In this document: in pieces, positions 17,420 to 27,654 of the stretch
Numbering within the stretch: position 1 is the stretch's first letter
How the letters are laid out: the number at the start of each line of letters is the position of its first letter
Source: Occultella glacieicola
GTDB lineage: Bacteria > Actinomycetota > Actinomycetes > Actinomycetales > Beutenbergiaceae
Direction: 5' to 3'
NCBI RefSeq assembly: GCF_004353825.1
Contig: NZ_SMNA01000009.1
Coordinates: 62,001 to 126,000 of the forward strand
Length of the DNA stretch: 64,000 bases
Made by a program: the position numbers and the translations under genes
Notes under the pieces: model-generated
Databases searched by the model: none
What the model was told of the DNA's origin: nothing
What the model saw: only the letters and a program-made list of their open reading frames with translations

Positions 17420-20400
17420 CTCCGGTTATGCCGAGCTGCACGCCCACTCGGCGTTCAGCTTCCTCGACGGCGCCAGTCAGCCCGAGGAACTGGCGATCGA
17501 GGCGGCCGGGCTCGGCCTGTCCGCGATGGCGATCACCGATCACAACGGGCTCTACGGGGTGGTCCGGTTCGCCGAGGCCGCCCGCACCCTGAAGCTTCCC
17601 ACCCTGTACGGGGCGGAGCTGAGCCTGGACGCGCCGGTGCGGCCGACCGGGATGCCGGACCCGCCGGGCACCCACCTGCTCGTGCTGGCCCGTGGGGCCG
17701 AGGGGTACCGGCGGCTGTCCCGGTCCATCGCGAACGCCCACCTGGCCAGCGGGAAGAAGGGGGAGGCGCACTACCGGCTCGGTGAGCTCGCGGACCTCGC
17801 CGCCGGGAACTGGCTGATCCTCACCGGCTGCCGCAAGGGCTCCGTGCGCCGTGCCCTGGAACCCGAACCCGGCCGCTTCGACCTGGCCGCGGCACGCCGG
17901 GAACTGGACGTGCTGACCGACCACTTCGGTGCGGAGAACGTGGTCGTCGAGATCACCGACTCCGGGGCGCCGCTGGACTCGGTGCGCTGCGACGCGCTCG
18001 CCGAGCTCGCCGCGGACGCCCGGCTGCCGGTGGTCGCCACCGGGGCGGTGCACTGCGCGAGCCCGGCGGACCAGCCCCTCGCGGACGTGCTGGCCGCGGT
18101 GCGCGCCCGCACCACGCTGTCCGAACTCGACGGCTGGCTCCCGCCCAGCGCCGCCCATGTGCGCGCGCCGGCGGAGATGTACGCCCGGCACGCCTCCCGC
18201 CCGGAGGCGGTCGCGATGAGCGTGGAACTGGCCCGCCAGTGCGCGTTCGATCTGCGCCTGGTGGCGCCGAACCTGCCCCCGCACCCGGTGCCGCCCGGGC
18301 ACACCGAGGCCACCTGGCTGCGCCACCTCACCTACGAGGGGGCCCGGGACCGGTACGGCCCGCCGGAGGCGCCGCGGCAGCCCGGCGCGTACGCGACGAT
18401 CGAGCGGGAGCTCGACATCATCATCGACCTGGACTTCCCCGGGTACTTCCTGATCGTGCACGAGATCGTCGACTTCTGCCGGCGCCACGACATCCTCTGC
18501 CAGGGCCGCGGCTCGGCCGCGAACTCCGCGGTCTGCTATGCCCTCGGGATCACCGCCGTCGACGCCGTGCAGCACAAGCTCCTGTTCGAGCGGTTCCTGT
18601 CCCCGGGCCGGTCCGGCCCGCCGGACATCGACGTGGACATCGAGTCCCGGCGCCGGGAGGAGGTGATCCAGTTCGTCTACGAACGCTACGGGCGCACCCA
18701 CGCCGCGCAGGTGGCGAACGTGATCTCCTACCGGCCGCGGTCGGCGATCCGGGACGCCGCCAAGGCGTTCGGCTACGACGTCGGGCAGCAGGACGCCTGG
18801 TCCAAGGGCATCGAACGGTGGGGCAGCCTGCGGCCGAGCCCGTCGCCCGACGATACCGGCGGCACCGGCGAGCGGATCAGCGAACTGGAGCGCCGCCGTC
18901 GGGACGGGCCGTGGACCCCGAGCGCGGAGGTGGTCGCCGCCTCCGACGGCGCGACCGGCGGCGGCGACCTCGACGGCATCCCCGCCGAGGTCGTGGACAT
19001 GGCCGAGCGGATGCTGCGCCTGCCCCGCCACCTCGGCATCCACTCCGGCGGCATGGTGCTGTGCGACCGGCCGGTCATCGACGTGTGCCCGGTGGAGTGG
19101 GCGACCATGCCCGGCCGCACGGTGCTGCAGTGGGACAAGGACGACTGCGCCGATGCCGGCCTGGTGAAGTTCGACCTGCTCGGCCTCGGCATGCTCACCG
19201 CGCTGCGGCTCGCGTTCACCTGGATCAGGGACATCGAGGGCGTGGACGTCGGGCTGCACTCGCTGCCGCAGGAGGACCCGAAGGTCTACGACCTGCTCTG
19301 CGCCGCGGACACCGTCGGGGTGTTCCAGGTGGAGTCCCGGGCACAGATGGCCACCCTGCCGCGGCTGCAGCCGCGCACGTTCTACGACATCGTCGTCGAG
19401 GTCGCGCTGATCCGCCCCGGACCGATCCAGGGCAACTCGGTGCACCCCTACATCAACCGGGCCCGCAAGCGTGAGCCGGTCACCTACCTGCACCCGCTGC
19501 TCGAACCGGCCCTGGCGAAGACGCTCGGGGTGCCGCTGTTCCAGGAACAGTTGATGCAGATCGCGATCGACACCGCGGACTTCACCCCGGCCGAGGCGGA
19601 CCAGTTGCGCCGGGCGATGGGGTCGAAGCGGTCCCTCGAACGGATGGAGGCGCTGCACGGGCGGCTGCTGGAGGGGATGGCCCGCAACGGCATCGACCGC
19701 CCCACCGGGGAGGCGATCTTCGACAAGCTCAAGGCGTTCGCCGACTTCGGGTTCCCCGAGTCGCACGCGTTCTCCTTCGCCTACCTCGTCTACGCGAGCG
19801 CGTGGCTGAAGGTGCACCACCCCGAGGCGTTCTACGCAGGGCTGCTCGCGGCGCAGCCGATGGGGTTCTACTCGCCGCAGTCGCTCGTGGCCGATGCCCG
19901 ACGGCGGGGGGTCCGCGTCGAGCGCGCGGACGTCGCCTTCTCGCAGGTACAGGCGGGCGTCGAACGGGTCGACGGCGGGGGGCTGGCCGTGCGGCTCGGG
20001 CTCGCCCCGGTCCGGGGGATCGGTCAGAAGGGGGCGGAGCGGATCGTCGCGGCCAGGGAGGCCGCACCGCTGCGCGACCTCGCCGACCTGGCCCGCCGGG
20101 TGCGACTGTCCGCCGCCCAGCTCGAGGCGCTCGCGACCGCCGGGGCGCTGGACTCCTTCGGGCACTCCCGCCGGGAGGCGCTCTGGCTCGCCGGCGCACT
20201 GGCGGGGGAGAGCGGTACCTCCACCGTGGTGCGCACGGGCGACGGGCCGGCGGTCCGGGCCGTGCAGGAACCGCTGCCGTTCACCGCCGTCGGTATCGAC
20301 CTGCCCAACCTGCCGGGCATGGACGAGGTGACCACCGCCGTCGCCGACGTCTGGGCCACCGGGATCTCCACGGACTCCTTCCCGACCGAGTTCCTGCGCT

Positions 20401-20732
20401 CCGACCTGGACGCCCGCGGGGTGCTGCGGGTGACCGACGTGCCCGGCGCCGGATCGGGCACCCGGGTGCGGGTGGCCGGGGTGGTCACCCACCGGCAGCG
20501 CCCGTCCACGGCCGGTGGGGTGACGTTCCTGTCCCTGGAGGACGAGACCGGCCTGCTGAACGTGATCTGCACGCAGGGGCTGTGGGGCCGCTACCGGAGG
20601 GTCGCCCGGACCAGCGCCGCCCTGGTGGTCCGGGGCACCGTGGAGACCGCCGACGGCGTGACCAACCTGATGGCGGACTCGGTCACGGCGCTGAGCCTGC
20701 GGGTGGCCTCCACCTCCCGCGACTTCCAGTGA
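17412..20732 (+). CDS. dnaE2: Error-prone DNA polymerase DnaE2 (ImuC)
   Basis: YAELHAHSAFSFLDGAS, CQGRGSAANS, PDIDVD, FGFPESHA and C-terminal SRDFQ. Confidence 0.97.
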   Translation: MFVSGYAELHAHSAFSFLDGASQPEELAIEAAGLGLSAMAITDHNGLYGVVRFAEAARTLKLPTLYGAELSLDAPVRPTGMPDPPGTHLLVLARGAEGYRRLSRSIANAHLASGKKGEAHYRLGELADLAAGNWLILTGCRKGSVRRALEPEPGRFDLAAARRELDVLTDHFGAENVVVEITDSGAPLDSVRCDALAELAADARLPVVATGAVHCASPADQPLADVLAAVRARTTLSELDGWLPPSAAHVRAPAEMYARHASRPEAVAMSVELARQCAFDLRLVAPNLPPHPVPPGHTEATWLRHLTYEGARDRYGPPEAPRQPGAYATIERELDIIIDLDFPGYFLIVHEIVDFCRRHDILCQGRGSAANSAVCYALGITAVDAVQHKLLFERFLSPGRSGPPDIDVDIESRRREEVIQFVYERYGRTHAAQVANVISYRPRSAIRDAAKAFGYDVGQQDAWSKGIERWGSLRPSPSPDDTGGTGERISELERRRRDGPWTPSAEVVAASDGATGGGDLDGIPAEVVDMAERMLRLPRHLGIHSGGMVLCDRPVIDVCPVEWATMPGRTVLQWDKDDCADAGLVKFDLLGLGMLTALRLAFTWIRDIEGVDVGLHSLPQEDPKVYDLLCAADTVGVFQVESRAQMATLPRLQPRTFYDIVVEVALIRPGPIQGNSVHPYINRARKREPVTYLHPLLEPALAKTLGVPLFQEQLMQIAIDTADFTPAEADQLRRAMGSKRSLERMEALHGRLLEGMARNGIDRPTGEAIFDKLKAFADFGFPESHAFSFAYLVYASAWLKVHHPEAFYAGLLAAQPMGFYSPQSLVADARRRGVRVERADVAFSQVQAGVERVDGGGLAVRLGLAPVRGIGQKGAERIVAAREAAPLRDLADLARRVRLSAAQLEALATAGALDSFGHSRREALWLAGALAGESGTSTVVRTGDGPAVRAVQEPLPFTAVGIDLPNLPGMDEVTTAVADVWATGISTDSFPTEFLRSDLDARGVLRVTDVPGAGSGTRVRVAGVVTHRQRPSTAGGVTFLSLEDETGLLNVICTQGLWGRYRRVARTSAALVVRGTVETADGVTNLMADSVTALSLRVASTSRDFQ

Positions 20733-20733
20733 C

Positions 20734-22038
20734 CTAGGGTTCGACGGCCTTCGTGTCCGGCTCCATGTCCTCCATCGGCGGGTCGAGGGTCCGCAGCTTC
20801 GCGTACACGGCCCAGATCACGGCCACGATCGGGATGACGATCACGGCGCCGAGGATGCCGGCCACCAGGGTGCCCGCCGTCACCGCCAGCGCCACCACCA
20901 GCGGGTGCAACGAGACCTGCTTGCCCATCACCAGCGGTTGCAGGATGTGCCCCTCGAACTGGCCGATGAGGGCGATCCCGACACCCACCAGGATCGCGTT
21001 GACGGGACCGTTCACGGCCAGGGCCACCACCATCGCGATGATCATCGCCGCGGGCGCACCGACCAGCGGGATGAACGCACCGATGAACACCAGCACCGCC
21101 AGCGGCGCGGCCAGCGGGACCCCCGCGATCAACAGGATGATCGCGGCCAGGATGCCGTCCACCAGGGCGATGATCACGGTGCCGCGGGCGTACCCGGAGA
21201 ACGTGTACCAGCCGACCCCACCGGCGAGCATCCACTTCTCCCGCACCTTCGCCGGGAGTTGGTTCAGGAACCACTTCCACATGTCGGCGCCCCGGGCGAG
21301 GAAGAACACGGTCGAGAAGATCGCCAGCGCGAGGGCCGCGAACACCTCGAACACGGACCCGGCCCCGGCCGCCGCCCGGTTGAGCAGGTCGCTCTGGTTC
21401 TCCTGCAGCCAGGTCTGCCCCTGTTCCAGCCACTCGTTGACCTGATCCTCGGTGATGGTCAGGCCGAACGGCAGGTTCTGGGCGAGCGCGAACAACTGGG
21501 CGATGCCGGTGGAGAACTGCTCCGAGAGGGTCTCCCACTGCCCGGTCACCGAGGTGATCACGTAGGTGAGCAACCCACCGACGAACGCCAGCGCGGACAG
21601 CATGCCCAGCGCGGTGGCCAGCCCGCGGGGCATGACCTTCGCGAACACGTTCACCAGCGGCCGCAGCACGGCGGTGATGACCAGGCCGAGGAACACCGCG
21701 ACGAACACCAGCTGGATCCGTGCGGTGGCCCACACCAGCAGCGAGATGAGCGCGATCACCACCAGGATGCGCCACGACCAGCCGGCGGACTTGCGCATCC
21801 AGCGGGGGACGCCGTCGCCGCCGTCGTCCGCGCGCAGGTGCCGCTCCGGGAGCCGGTGCACCCGGGCCCGGGCACCCCGGGCCGGGGACCGGGGCAGCGG
21901 TGGCAGCGGGGACGGCTCGGCCGCCGAGCCGTCGGTGGTCTCGGCGGCGGGACGGGCCGTGTTCGCCGACGCGGCCCGGCGTGCCGCGGCGGCCTGGCGG
22001 ACCGCTGCGGCCTGGATGCGTTGGGGCACGAGTCTCAC
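20734..22038 (-). CDS. AI-2E (PerM) family transporter
   Basis: Multi-TM protein with FIPLVGA and QFEGHILQPLVMGKQVSLHPL. Confidence 0.88.
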   Translation of the reverse strand: MRLVPQRIQAAAVRQAAAARRAASANTARPAAETTDGSAAEPSPLPPLPRSPARGARARVHRLPERHLRADDGGDGVPRWMRKSAGWSWRILVVIALISLLVWATARIQLVFVAVFLGLVITAVLRPLVNVFAKVMPRGLATALGMLSALAFVGGLLTYVITSVTGQWETLSEQFSTGIAQLFALAQNLPFGLTITEDQVNEWLEQGQTWLQENQSDLLNRAAAGAGSVFEVFAALALAIFSTVFFLARGADMWKWFLNQLPAKVREKWMLAGGVGWYTFSGYARGTVIIALVDGILAAIILLIAGVPLAAPLAVLVFIGAFIPLVGAPAAMIIAMVVALAVNGPVNAILVGVGIALIGQFEGHILQPLVMGKQVSLHPLVVALAVTAGTLVAGILGAVIVIPIVAVIWAVYAKLRTLDPPMEDMEPDTKAVEP

Positions 22039-22099
22039 GCGGGTCAGTCTGCCCCAGTCGGACCCGGATCGCGCGGAGACCTTCCGGTCGCGTCGCTGC

Positions 22100-23062
22100 T
22101 CAGCCGCGGGCGAGGATCGCCCAGCAGCGCACCTGGACCAGATCCTGGAGCGCGGCGGCCTGCCGGGCCGGATCCGGCCAGGTCTCGAGCTGCCAGAGCA
22201 CGGACTCGACGGATCGGGCGCAGGCCCACTCGCAGATGCGCCGGAACGGGATGCCGAGCGCCCGGGAGGCGAGCTCCACCCGTGGTCGCAGCACGGCCAG
22301 GGGATCCTGGTACACGAACGGGTTGTCGATCTGGGACAGCACCGGCCACAGGTCGTAGCCGGGGTCGCCGATCATCGGCTTCGGATCGATCGCGAGCCAT
22401 TGCGGCGGCACCGAGCCCGGTGCGTCCAGCAGGATGTTGCCGGGGTTCAGGTCACCGTGCAGGACCACGACCGGCCCGGGTTTCGCGCCCGGGCGACCGA
22501 ATGCCGCGAGCAGCCCGAGGCCGTAGGAGACCTCCCGCCGGAATGCCTCGTACAGGTGGGCCCAACGGTTCGCCCGCTGTGTCGCGATCCGGGACCACGT
22601 CGCACTGACGGTGGTCAGCAGTGGCATCTCGGTGCCGGTGGCCACCGCGCGGTGCAGGTTCCGCAGGATCTCCACGGCGATCCCGAGCCGCACGTGCGGG
22701 GGTGAGGTGTCCGCGAGCAACAGGGTGCCGGGGTGGGCGCGCCGCAGCAGCAGCGCCCAGTCCTGGGTGTCGTGGTCGAGCAGTTCCACGGCCGCGTGCC
22801 CCTGCCACAGGGCCAGGGCGGTCGCCTCGTACTTTGCCTCGTCGTGCGGGAAGGTGAGTTTGAGGACCACCGGGGTCCCGTCCGCCATCGCGCCCGGGGT
22901 GGTCCACGCCGCGGTGCCGACCGAGAACGGGTTGCCGAGGGTCAGGCCCCAGCGTTGCACGGCCCGGTCGATCAGGCCGGGCAGCCGGGCCACCCAGGCC
23001 GCCCCCGCGGGAGTCGAGGCTGCCCCCGTCGTCAGCGACGCGGGCAGGACCGGGCCGTTCAG
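22100..23062 (-). CDS. APH(6)/hydroxyurea-resistance kinase family phosphotransferase (start uncertain, possibly CTG)
   Basis: VVLKL, LHGDLNPGNIL and WLAIDPKPMIGDPGYD. Confidence 0.82.
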   Translation of the reverse strand: MNGPVLPASLTTGAASTPAGAAWVARLPGLIDRAVQRWGLTLGNPFSVGTAAWTTPGAMADGTPVVLKLTFPHDEAKYEATALALWQGHAAVELLDHDTQDWALLLRRAHPGTLLLADTSPPHVRLGIAVEILRNLHRAVATGTEMPLLTTVSATWSRIATQRANRWAHLYEAFRREVSYGLGLLAAFGRPGAKPGPVVVLHGDLNPGNILLDAPGSVPPQWLAIDPKPMIGDPGYDLWPVLSQIDNPFVYQDPLAVLRPRVELASRALGIPFRRICEWACARSVESVLWQLETWPDPARQAAALQDLVQVRCWAILARG

Positions 23063-23778
23063 CGCCCCACCCCTGCGCTGCGGGCCACCGGCTCCGCGAC
23101 GGACCGGTTCGTGACCGGTGCCGGCAGCCCGAGCAGGCCGGCCAGGTGCGCCGGGTCCGAGGCGAGGGCGTCCGCGTCGGCGTGTTCGGCCTCCGTGCCG
23201 TACCCCCAGGCGACCAGGACGCATGGCATGCCGTGGGCACGGGCACCCTCGAGATCGTGCTCACGGTCGCCGACCATCACCGGGGCGGACAGGTCCGCGC
23301 CGGCCGCGTGCAACTGGGTCAGGGCCTTGCCGATCACGTACGCCTTGTCCGAGTTGCGGCCGCGGTCGTCGGCGCCGCAGATCGCGGTGAAGTACCCGGT
23401 CAGTTCGAAGTGGTCGAGGATCGCGCGGGCGAACTCCTCCGACTTGGACGTGGCCAGGCTCACCGGGACCCCGGCCTCGCGCAGAGCGACGAGCAGCTGG
23501 CGCATCCCGTCGAACACGGCGGAGTTGAACATCGAGCCGCCGCCGTAGTGGGCCCGGTAGAGGTCCTGACCGCGGTCGACGTCCGCGGGATCCACGCCGC
23601 CGATGTGCTCGAGCGTCCACGCCAGGGGCGGTCCGACCACGGCGCGCAGCTCGTCCGGTGGCGGCGGCTGGAGGCCGAGCCCGCGAACGGCGGTCACGAA
23701 GGAGTCGATCACGCCGGGCGCGGAGTCCGTGATGGTGCCGTCGAGGTCGAGCAGGACGGCGGTCGTGCGATCAGGCAT
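23059..23778 (-). CDS. HAD hydrolase (phosphoglycolate phosphatase / 5'-nucleotidase-like)
   Basis: LDLDGTITDS, LATSK, MVGDREHD and WGYG. Confidence 0.9.
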   Translation of the reverse strand: MPDRTTAVLLDLDGTITDSAPGVIDSFVTAVRGLGLQPPPPDELRAVVGPPLAWTLEHIGGVDPADVDRGQDLYRAHYGGGSMFNSAVFDGMRQLLVALREAGVPVSLATSKSEEFARAILDHFELTGYFTAICGADDRGRNSDKAYVIGKALTQLHAAGADLSAPVMVGDREHDLEGARAHGMPCVLVAWGYGTEAEHADADALASDPAHLAGLLGLPAPVTNRSVAEPVARSAGVGR

Positions 23779-23847
23779 CCTCACCCGCGTCAGCCTAATA
23801 GGTAGGGTGGCCGGATCGAACCGACCGACCGCACCCACCCGACCACC

Positions 23848-24657
23848 GTGGCCACCTCCGGTGACATCGACCTCCGGGCCGACTGCGCCCGCTGCGTGGG
23901 CCTGTGCTGCGTTGCGCTGGCATTCTCCAGATCGGCGGACTTCGCGTTCGACAAGGCCGCCGGCGACCCCTGCCGGAACCTGCTGGCCGACCACCGCTGC
24001 GCGGTCCACGCCGGTCTGCGGAGCCAGGGGATGGCAGGGTGCACCACCTACGACTGCTTCGGGGCCGGGCAGCACGTCACCGAAGCGACGTTCGCCGGGC
24101 GGACCTGGCGCGACGGCGCGGACACCGCCGCGGCGATGTTCGCCGCCTTCGGGGTCATGCGCCGGCTCCACGAGGCACTCTGGTACCTGAACGCGGCCCG
24201 GGCCCTCGACCTGCCTCGCGCGCTGGCGAGGCAGGTCCGCCTGCTGATCAGCCGGGTCGAGGAGGCGAGCGCCGCGAGCGCACCGGACCTGGCCGGCGTG
24301 GACGTCGACGCCGTATGGGCCGAGATGGCGGAGGCCGCCCTGCGGGCGAGCGCCCACATCCGCGCGTCGGCACCGGGACCACGCGTCGAGTTCCGCGGTG
24401 CGGACCTCGCCGGGGCCGATCTGCGCGGCGCCGACCTGCGCGGGGCGAACCTACGTGGCGCCGCCATGATCGGGGCCGACCTGCGTGGCGCCCGGCTCCA
24501 CCGCGCCGACGTCATCGGCGCCGACCTGCGCGGCGCGGACGTACGGGGCACCGACCTCGCCGACGTCCTGTTCCTGACCCAGCCGCAGGTCGCCGCCGCG
24601 ACCGGCGATGCCCGTACGGCCCTGCCGGGCGGTTTCGCCCGGCCGGGGCACTGGTGA
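23848..24657 (+). CDS. Pentapeptide repeat protein with Cys-rich N-terminal domain
   Basis: LRADCARCVGLCCVAL...C...C...C...YDCFGAGQ, followed by A(D/N)LxG repeats. Confidence 0.9.
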   Translation: MATSGDIDLRADCARCVGLCCVALAFSRSADFAFDKAAGDPCRNLLADHRCAVHAGLRSQGMAGCTTYDCFGAGQHVTEATFAGRTWRDGADTAAAMFAAFGVMRRLHEALWYLNAARALDLPRALARQVRLLISRVEEASAASAPDLAGVDVDAVWAEMAEAALRASAHIRASAPGPRVEFRGADLAGADLRGADLRGANLRGAAMIGADLRGARLHRADVIGADLRGADVRGTDLADVLFLTQPQVAAATGDARTALPGGFARPGHW

Positions 24658-24720
24658 ACGGCGCTGCCCGTGCGGCGGGATGACGCTCGGCCGGTGCCCG
24701 CCTCGCCCGGGGAGGCGCCG

Positions 24721-25968
24721 ATGAGCGAACAGCCCCCGCGTCCTGGCCCGCTCGGTCCCGGTTTCCGGAACGTCTTCGTCGCGAACCTGGGGTCCAGCCT
24801 CGCGGACGGGATCGCCCGGGTGGCCGCGCCGCTGCTCGCGGTCCGGCTCACCGACGATCCGCTGCTGATCTCGGGAATCGCCGCCGTCGCACTGCTGCCC
24901 TGGCTGTTCTTCGCGATCCCGGCCGGGATCGTCCTGGACCGCATCGACCGACGGCGAGCCCTTGCCGTCGCGAACGCGGTGCGGACCGTACTGGCGGTCG
25001 CACTGTTCGTCCTGACCGCTACCGGCTCCCTGACGATCTGGTGGTTGTACGCCGTGATCTTCGTCTACGGCGCGTTCGAGACCCTCTACGACGGGGCGAT
25101 CCGGGCGGTGGTCCCCAGCCTCGTCGAACGGCGCAGCCTGCCACGGGCGAACTCCCGGATCGAAGCAGGCGAGCTCGTGGTGCAGAACTTCGCGGCCGCG
25201 CCGTTCACGTCGGCTCTGTTCGCGGTCTCGGTCCTCATCCCGCTGGGGGTCGGGGTGCTCGGCTACGCGGTCGCCGGGTTGCTCGCCCTCTGGCTGCCGC
25301 TGGCCGCGGCCGGGGAGCACCACGGCACCGGCGGCGAGCGGGAGCGGGTGCCGTGGCGCGACGAGGTCCGGCAGGGACTGCGGTTCATCCTCGGGAACCG
25401 GACCCTGCGACCACTCTGGTTCCTGAGCACCGTGGTGGCCCTGGGCCACTCGGCGGCGACCGCGACCCTGGTGCTCTACGTGCTCGACCGGCTCGGCGTC
25501 CCCGAGGCCTGGTTCGGGGCGTTCATGCTCTCGATGGCCGTCGGCGGGCTCGTCGGCGCGTGGGTCGCGTCGCCGGCGAAGGAGCGCTTCGGCGCCGGCC
25601 CGGTGATGGCGGTCGCCAGCCTCGCCTCGGCCCTCGCCGTCGTCGCGATCGGCGTGTGGCCGACGGTGCCCGGCGCCGCCGTCGGACTGGCCGTCTCCTC
25701 CGGGGCCGTGACGGCCTGGAACGTGCTGGTCATGTCGTTGCGGCAGAGCATCATCCCGAGCCGGTTGCTCGGGCGGGTGCACGGCACCTGGCGAACCCTG
25801 TTGTGGGGGGTGATCCCGCTGGGCTCGGTCCTGGGGGGTCTGCTCGCCCGGGTCGACCTGGTCACACCGCTGCTGGTCGGGGGTGGGCTCGCCGCGCTCA
25901 CGAGCCTGCTCGGGTTCCGGTTCCTGTACTCCCTTCCCGACCCCGAGGACGTCGAGGCGACGCCGTGA
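24721..25968 (+). CDS. MFS transporter (macrolide-efflux/H+ antiporter-like family)
   Basis: About 12 TM segments; GIVLDRIDRRR and SLRQSIIPSRLLGRVHG. Confidence 0.9.
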   Translation: MSEQPPRPGPLGPGFRNVFVANLGSSLADGIARVAAPLLAVRLTDDPLLISGIAAVALLPWLFFAIPAGIVLDRIDRRRALAVANAVRTVLAVALFVLTATGSLTIWWLYAVIFVYGAFETLYDGAIRAVVPSLVERRSLPRANSRIEAGELVVQNFAAAPFTSALFAVSVLIPLGVGVLGYAVAGLLALWLPLAAAGEHHGTGGERERVPWRDEVRQGLRFILGNRTLRPLWFLSTVVALGHSAATATLVLYVLDRLGVPEAWFGAFMLSMAVGGLVGAWVASPAKERFGAGPVMAVASLASALAVVAIGVWPTVPGAAVGLAVSSGAVTAWNVLVMSLRQSIIPSRLLGRVHGTWRTLLWGVIPLGSVLGGLLARVDLVTPLLVGGGLAALTSLLGFRFLYSLPDPEDVEATP

Positions 25969-25972
25969 GGCC

Positions 25973-26446
25973 TCAGGAGCCGCCGGCGTAGCCGTGCTGG
26001 CGCCAGGCCTCGTAGATCGCGAGGGCGGCGGAGTTGGACAGGTTGAGCGACCGGATCCCCGGGAGCATCGGGATCCGCACCCGGTCCGTGACCCGCTCGT
26101 CGGTCAGCACGTGCTCGGGGAGGCCCGTCGGCTCGGGGCCGAACAGCAGCGTGTCGCCCGCGGCGTAGTCGACGTCGGTGAAGGACCGGGTCGCGTGGCC
26201 CGTGAAGGCGTACACCCGCCCGGTCCCGACGTCCTGCACGCGCGCCAGGGCGGTGTCGAGGTCAGGGTGCACCTCCACGCGCGCCAGGTCGTGATAGTCG
26301 AGGCCGGCCCGGCGCAGGTTGGCGTCGGAGAGGTCGAAGCCGAGGGGCTCGACCAGGTGCAGCGTGGTGCCGGTGGCGGCCGTCAACCGGATGGCGTTGC
26401 CGGAGTTGCCCGGGATCCGCGGCTCGAAGAACATGATGTGGAACAC
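25973..26446 (-). CDS. trmL: tRNA (cytidine(34)-2'-O)-methyltransferase
   Basis: FEPRIPGNSGN, LRRAGLDY, FGPEPTGL and RSLNLSN. Confidence 0.93.
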   Translation of the reverse strand: MFHIMFFEPRIPGNSGNAIRLTAATGTTLHLVEPLGFDLSDANLRRAGLDYHDLARVEVHPDLDTALARVQDVGTGRVYAFTGHATRSFTDVDYAAGDTLLFGPEPTGLPEHVLTDERVTDRVRIPMLPGIRSLNLSNSAALAIYEAWRQHGYAGGS

Positions 26447-26474
26447 CAGACCATCGTCCCACCGCGGGAGCGAG

Positions 26475-27647
26475 TCACCGGCCCGGCCAGGTCCAGGACG
26501 GCCGGCTGAGCAGCCCCTGCCCGGCGATCGTGGTCTCACCGAGGTCCTTGACGAGTTCGACCCGCTCCAGGTCCGCGCCGGTCAGGTCGGCGAGGGCCGC
26601 CTGTAGCGTCGCGGAATGGGTCACGACGACCACCTGCATCTCCTCGCTCGCGGCATGGATCAGGCCCGCGAGCGGTCCGATCAGCTCCGGGTGCAGGCTC
26701 GTCTCCGGCTCGTTCAGCACGAGGAGTTCGGGTGGCCGCGGCGTCAACAGGGCAGCCGTCAGCATCAGGTAGCGCAGCGTTCCGTCGGATAGCTCGTCCG
26801 CCCGCATCGGTCGGAGCATGCCGTCCTGGCGCAGCGCGAGCCCGAACCGCCCGGCGTCGACCGACACCTCGATCCGGGAACCGGGGAACGCGGCATCGAC
26901 GGTGCGGGCCAGAACGCCGGACCTGCCGATCTCCTCGATCGTCGCGAGCGCCGCCGCGAGGTCCGCACCGTCGTGGGCCAGGACCGGGGTGCGGGTCCCG
27001 ACCGGTGCGAGCCGGGCCGGGGCCGACGCGTCCGTGCGCAGATGGTCGTAGAAGCGCCAGCCGCGCAACTGTTCGCGCAGTTCCAGCAGCTCCGGGGCGC
27101 GGTGCGGATCGGCGACGTGGCCGAGCATCGAGTCGTAGTCAGCGAGCGACCGCGTGAGCTCGGTCCAGGAGCGCCCGTCCCGCACCCTCACCACCGGTCC
27201 CCGGCGTTGGGCCAGGACCGCTGCCGGTCTGGCCACCGGACCGGACCAGACCGTCTCCACCTTGATCTCCGGGTCCAGGGCGAACCGGCCCGAACCCACA
27301 TCGGGCCGGGGCAGACCCAGGTCCATGGCGTAGCCGAACCCGTCCCCGGCGAAGCCCAGTTGCAGGCGCACCGGCCCGGAGCGCCGCGTGCCCTGGACCG
27401 GCACCTCACCGCGACGCATCGAGGCGGAGATGGTCTCCGGGCCGGCCCAGAGCGTCGACGGCAGCCCACCCTCCCGGGCCAGCGCCGCGACGGCGCCGCC
27501 TCGCGCGGCGTCGGTGAGTAGCCGGAGTGCCCGGTACAGGCTGGACTTGCCGGACCCGTTCGCCCCCGTGATCAGGGTCAACCGCCCGAGCGGCACCACC
27601 ACGTCCCGCAGCGACCGATATCCCTGGACGGCGAGCGTGGTGAGCAT
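26475..27647 (-). CDS. Solo ABC/AAA-type ATPase (SMC/RecF-like, COG4637-type)
   Basis: GYRSL, Walker A GANGSGKS, signature LSDGT, Walker B LVLNEPETSLHP and VVTHS. Confidence 0.88.
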   Translation of the reverse strand: MLTTLAVQGYRSLRDVVVPLGRLTLITGANGSGKSSLYRALRLLTDAARGGAVAALAREGGLPSTLWAGPETISASMRRGEVPVQGTRRSGPVRLQLGFAGDGFGYAMDLGLPRPDVGSGRFALDPEIKVETVWSGPVARPAAVLAQRRGPVVRVRDGRSWTELTRSLADYDSMLGHVADPHRAPELLELREQLRGWRFYDHLRTDASAPARLAPVGTRTPVLAHDGADLAAALATIEEIGRSGVLARTVDAAFPGSRIEVSVDAGRFGLALRQDGMLRPMRADELSDGTLRYLMLTAALLTPRPPELLVLNEPETSLHPELIGPLAGLIHAASEEMQVVVVTHSATLQAALADLTGADLERVELVKDLGETTIAGQGLLSRPSWTWPGR

Positions 27648-27654
27648 GGACCGA

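Noticed and set aside
18830..18975. Possible intein in DnaE2
   Set aside because: The insertion is about 50 aa, low-complexity and lacks the splice-junction motifs (terminal His-Asn). It looks like a variable loop.
16347..20492. 1381-aa minus-strand ORF (and similar long ORFs at 45076-48582, 31939-33945 and 34220-36202)
   Set aside because: These are antisense shadows of well-supported genes (dnaE2, arc/dop, S8 protease, dcp). They are expected in high-GC DNA and carry no recognisable motifs.
22100..25968. Acquired antibiotic-resistance island (APH-like kinase, pentapeptide protein, MFS)
   Set aside because: These families are widespread chromosomal genes in actinobacteria. There are no mobility genes, and the sequence alone cannot show resistance function.
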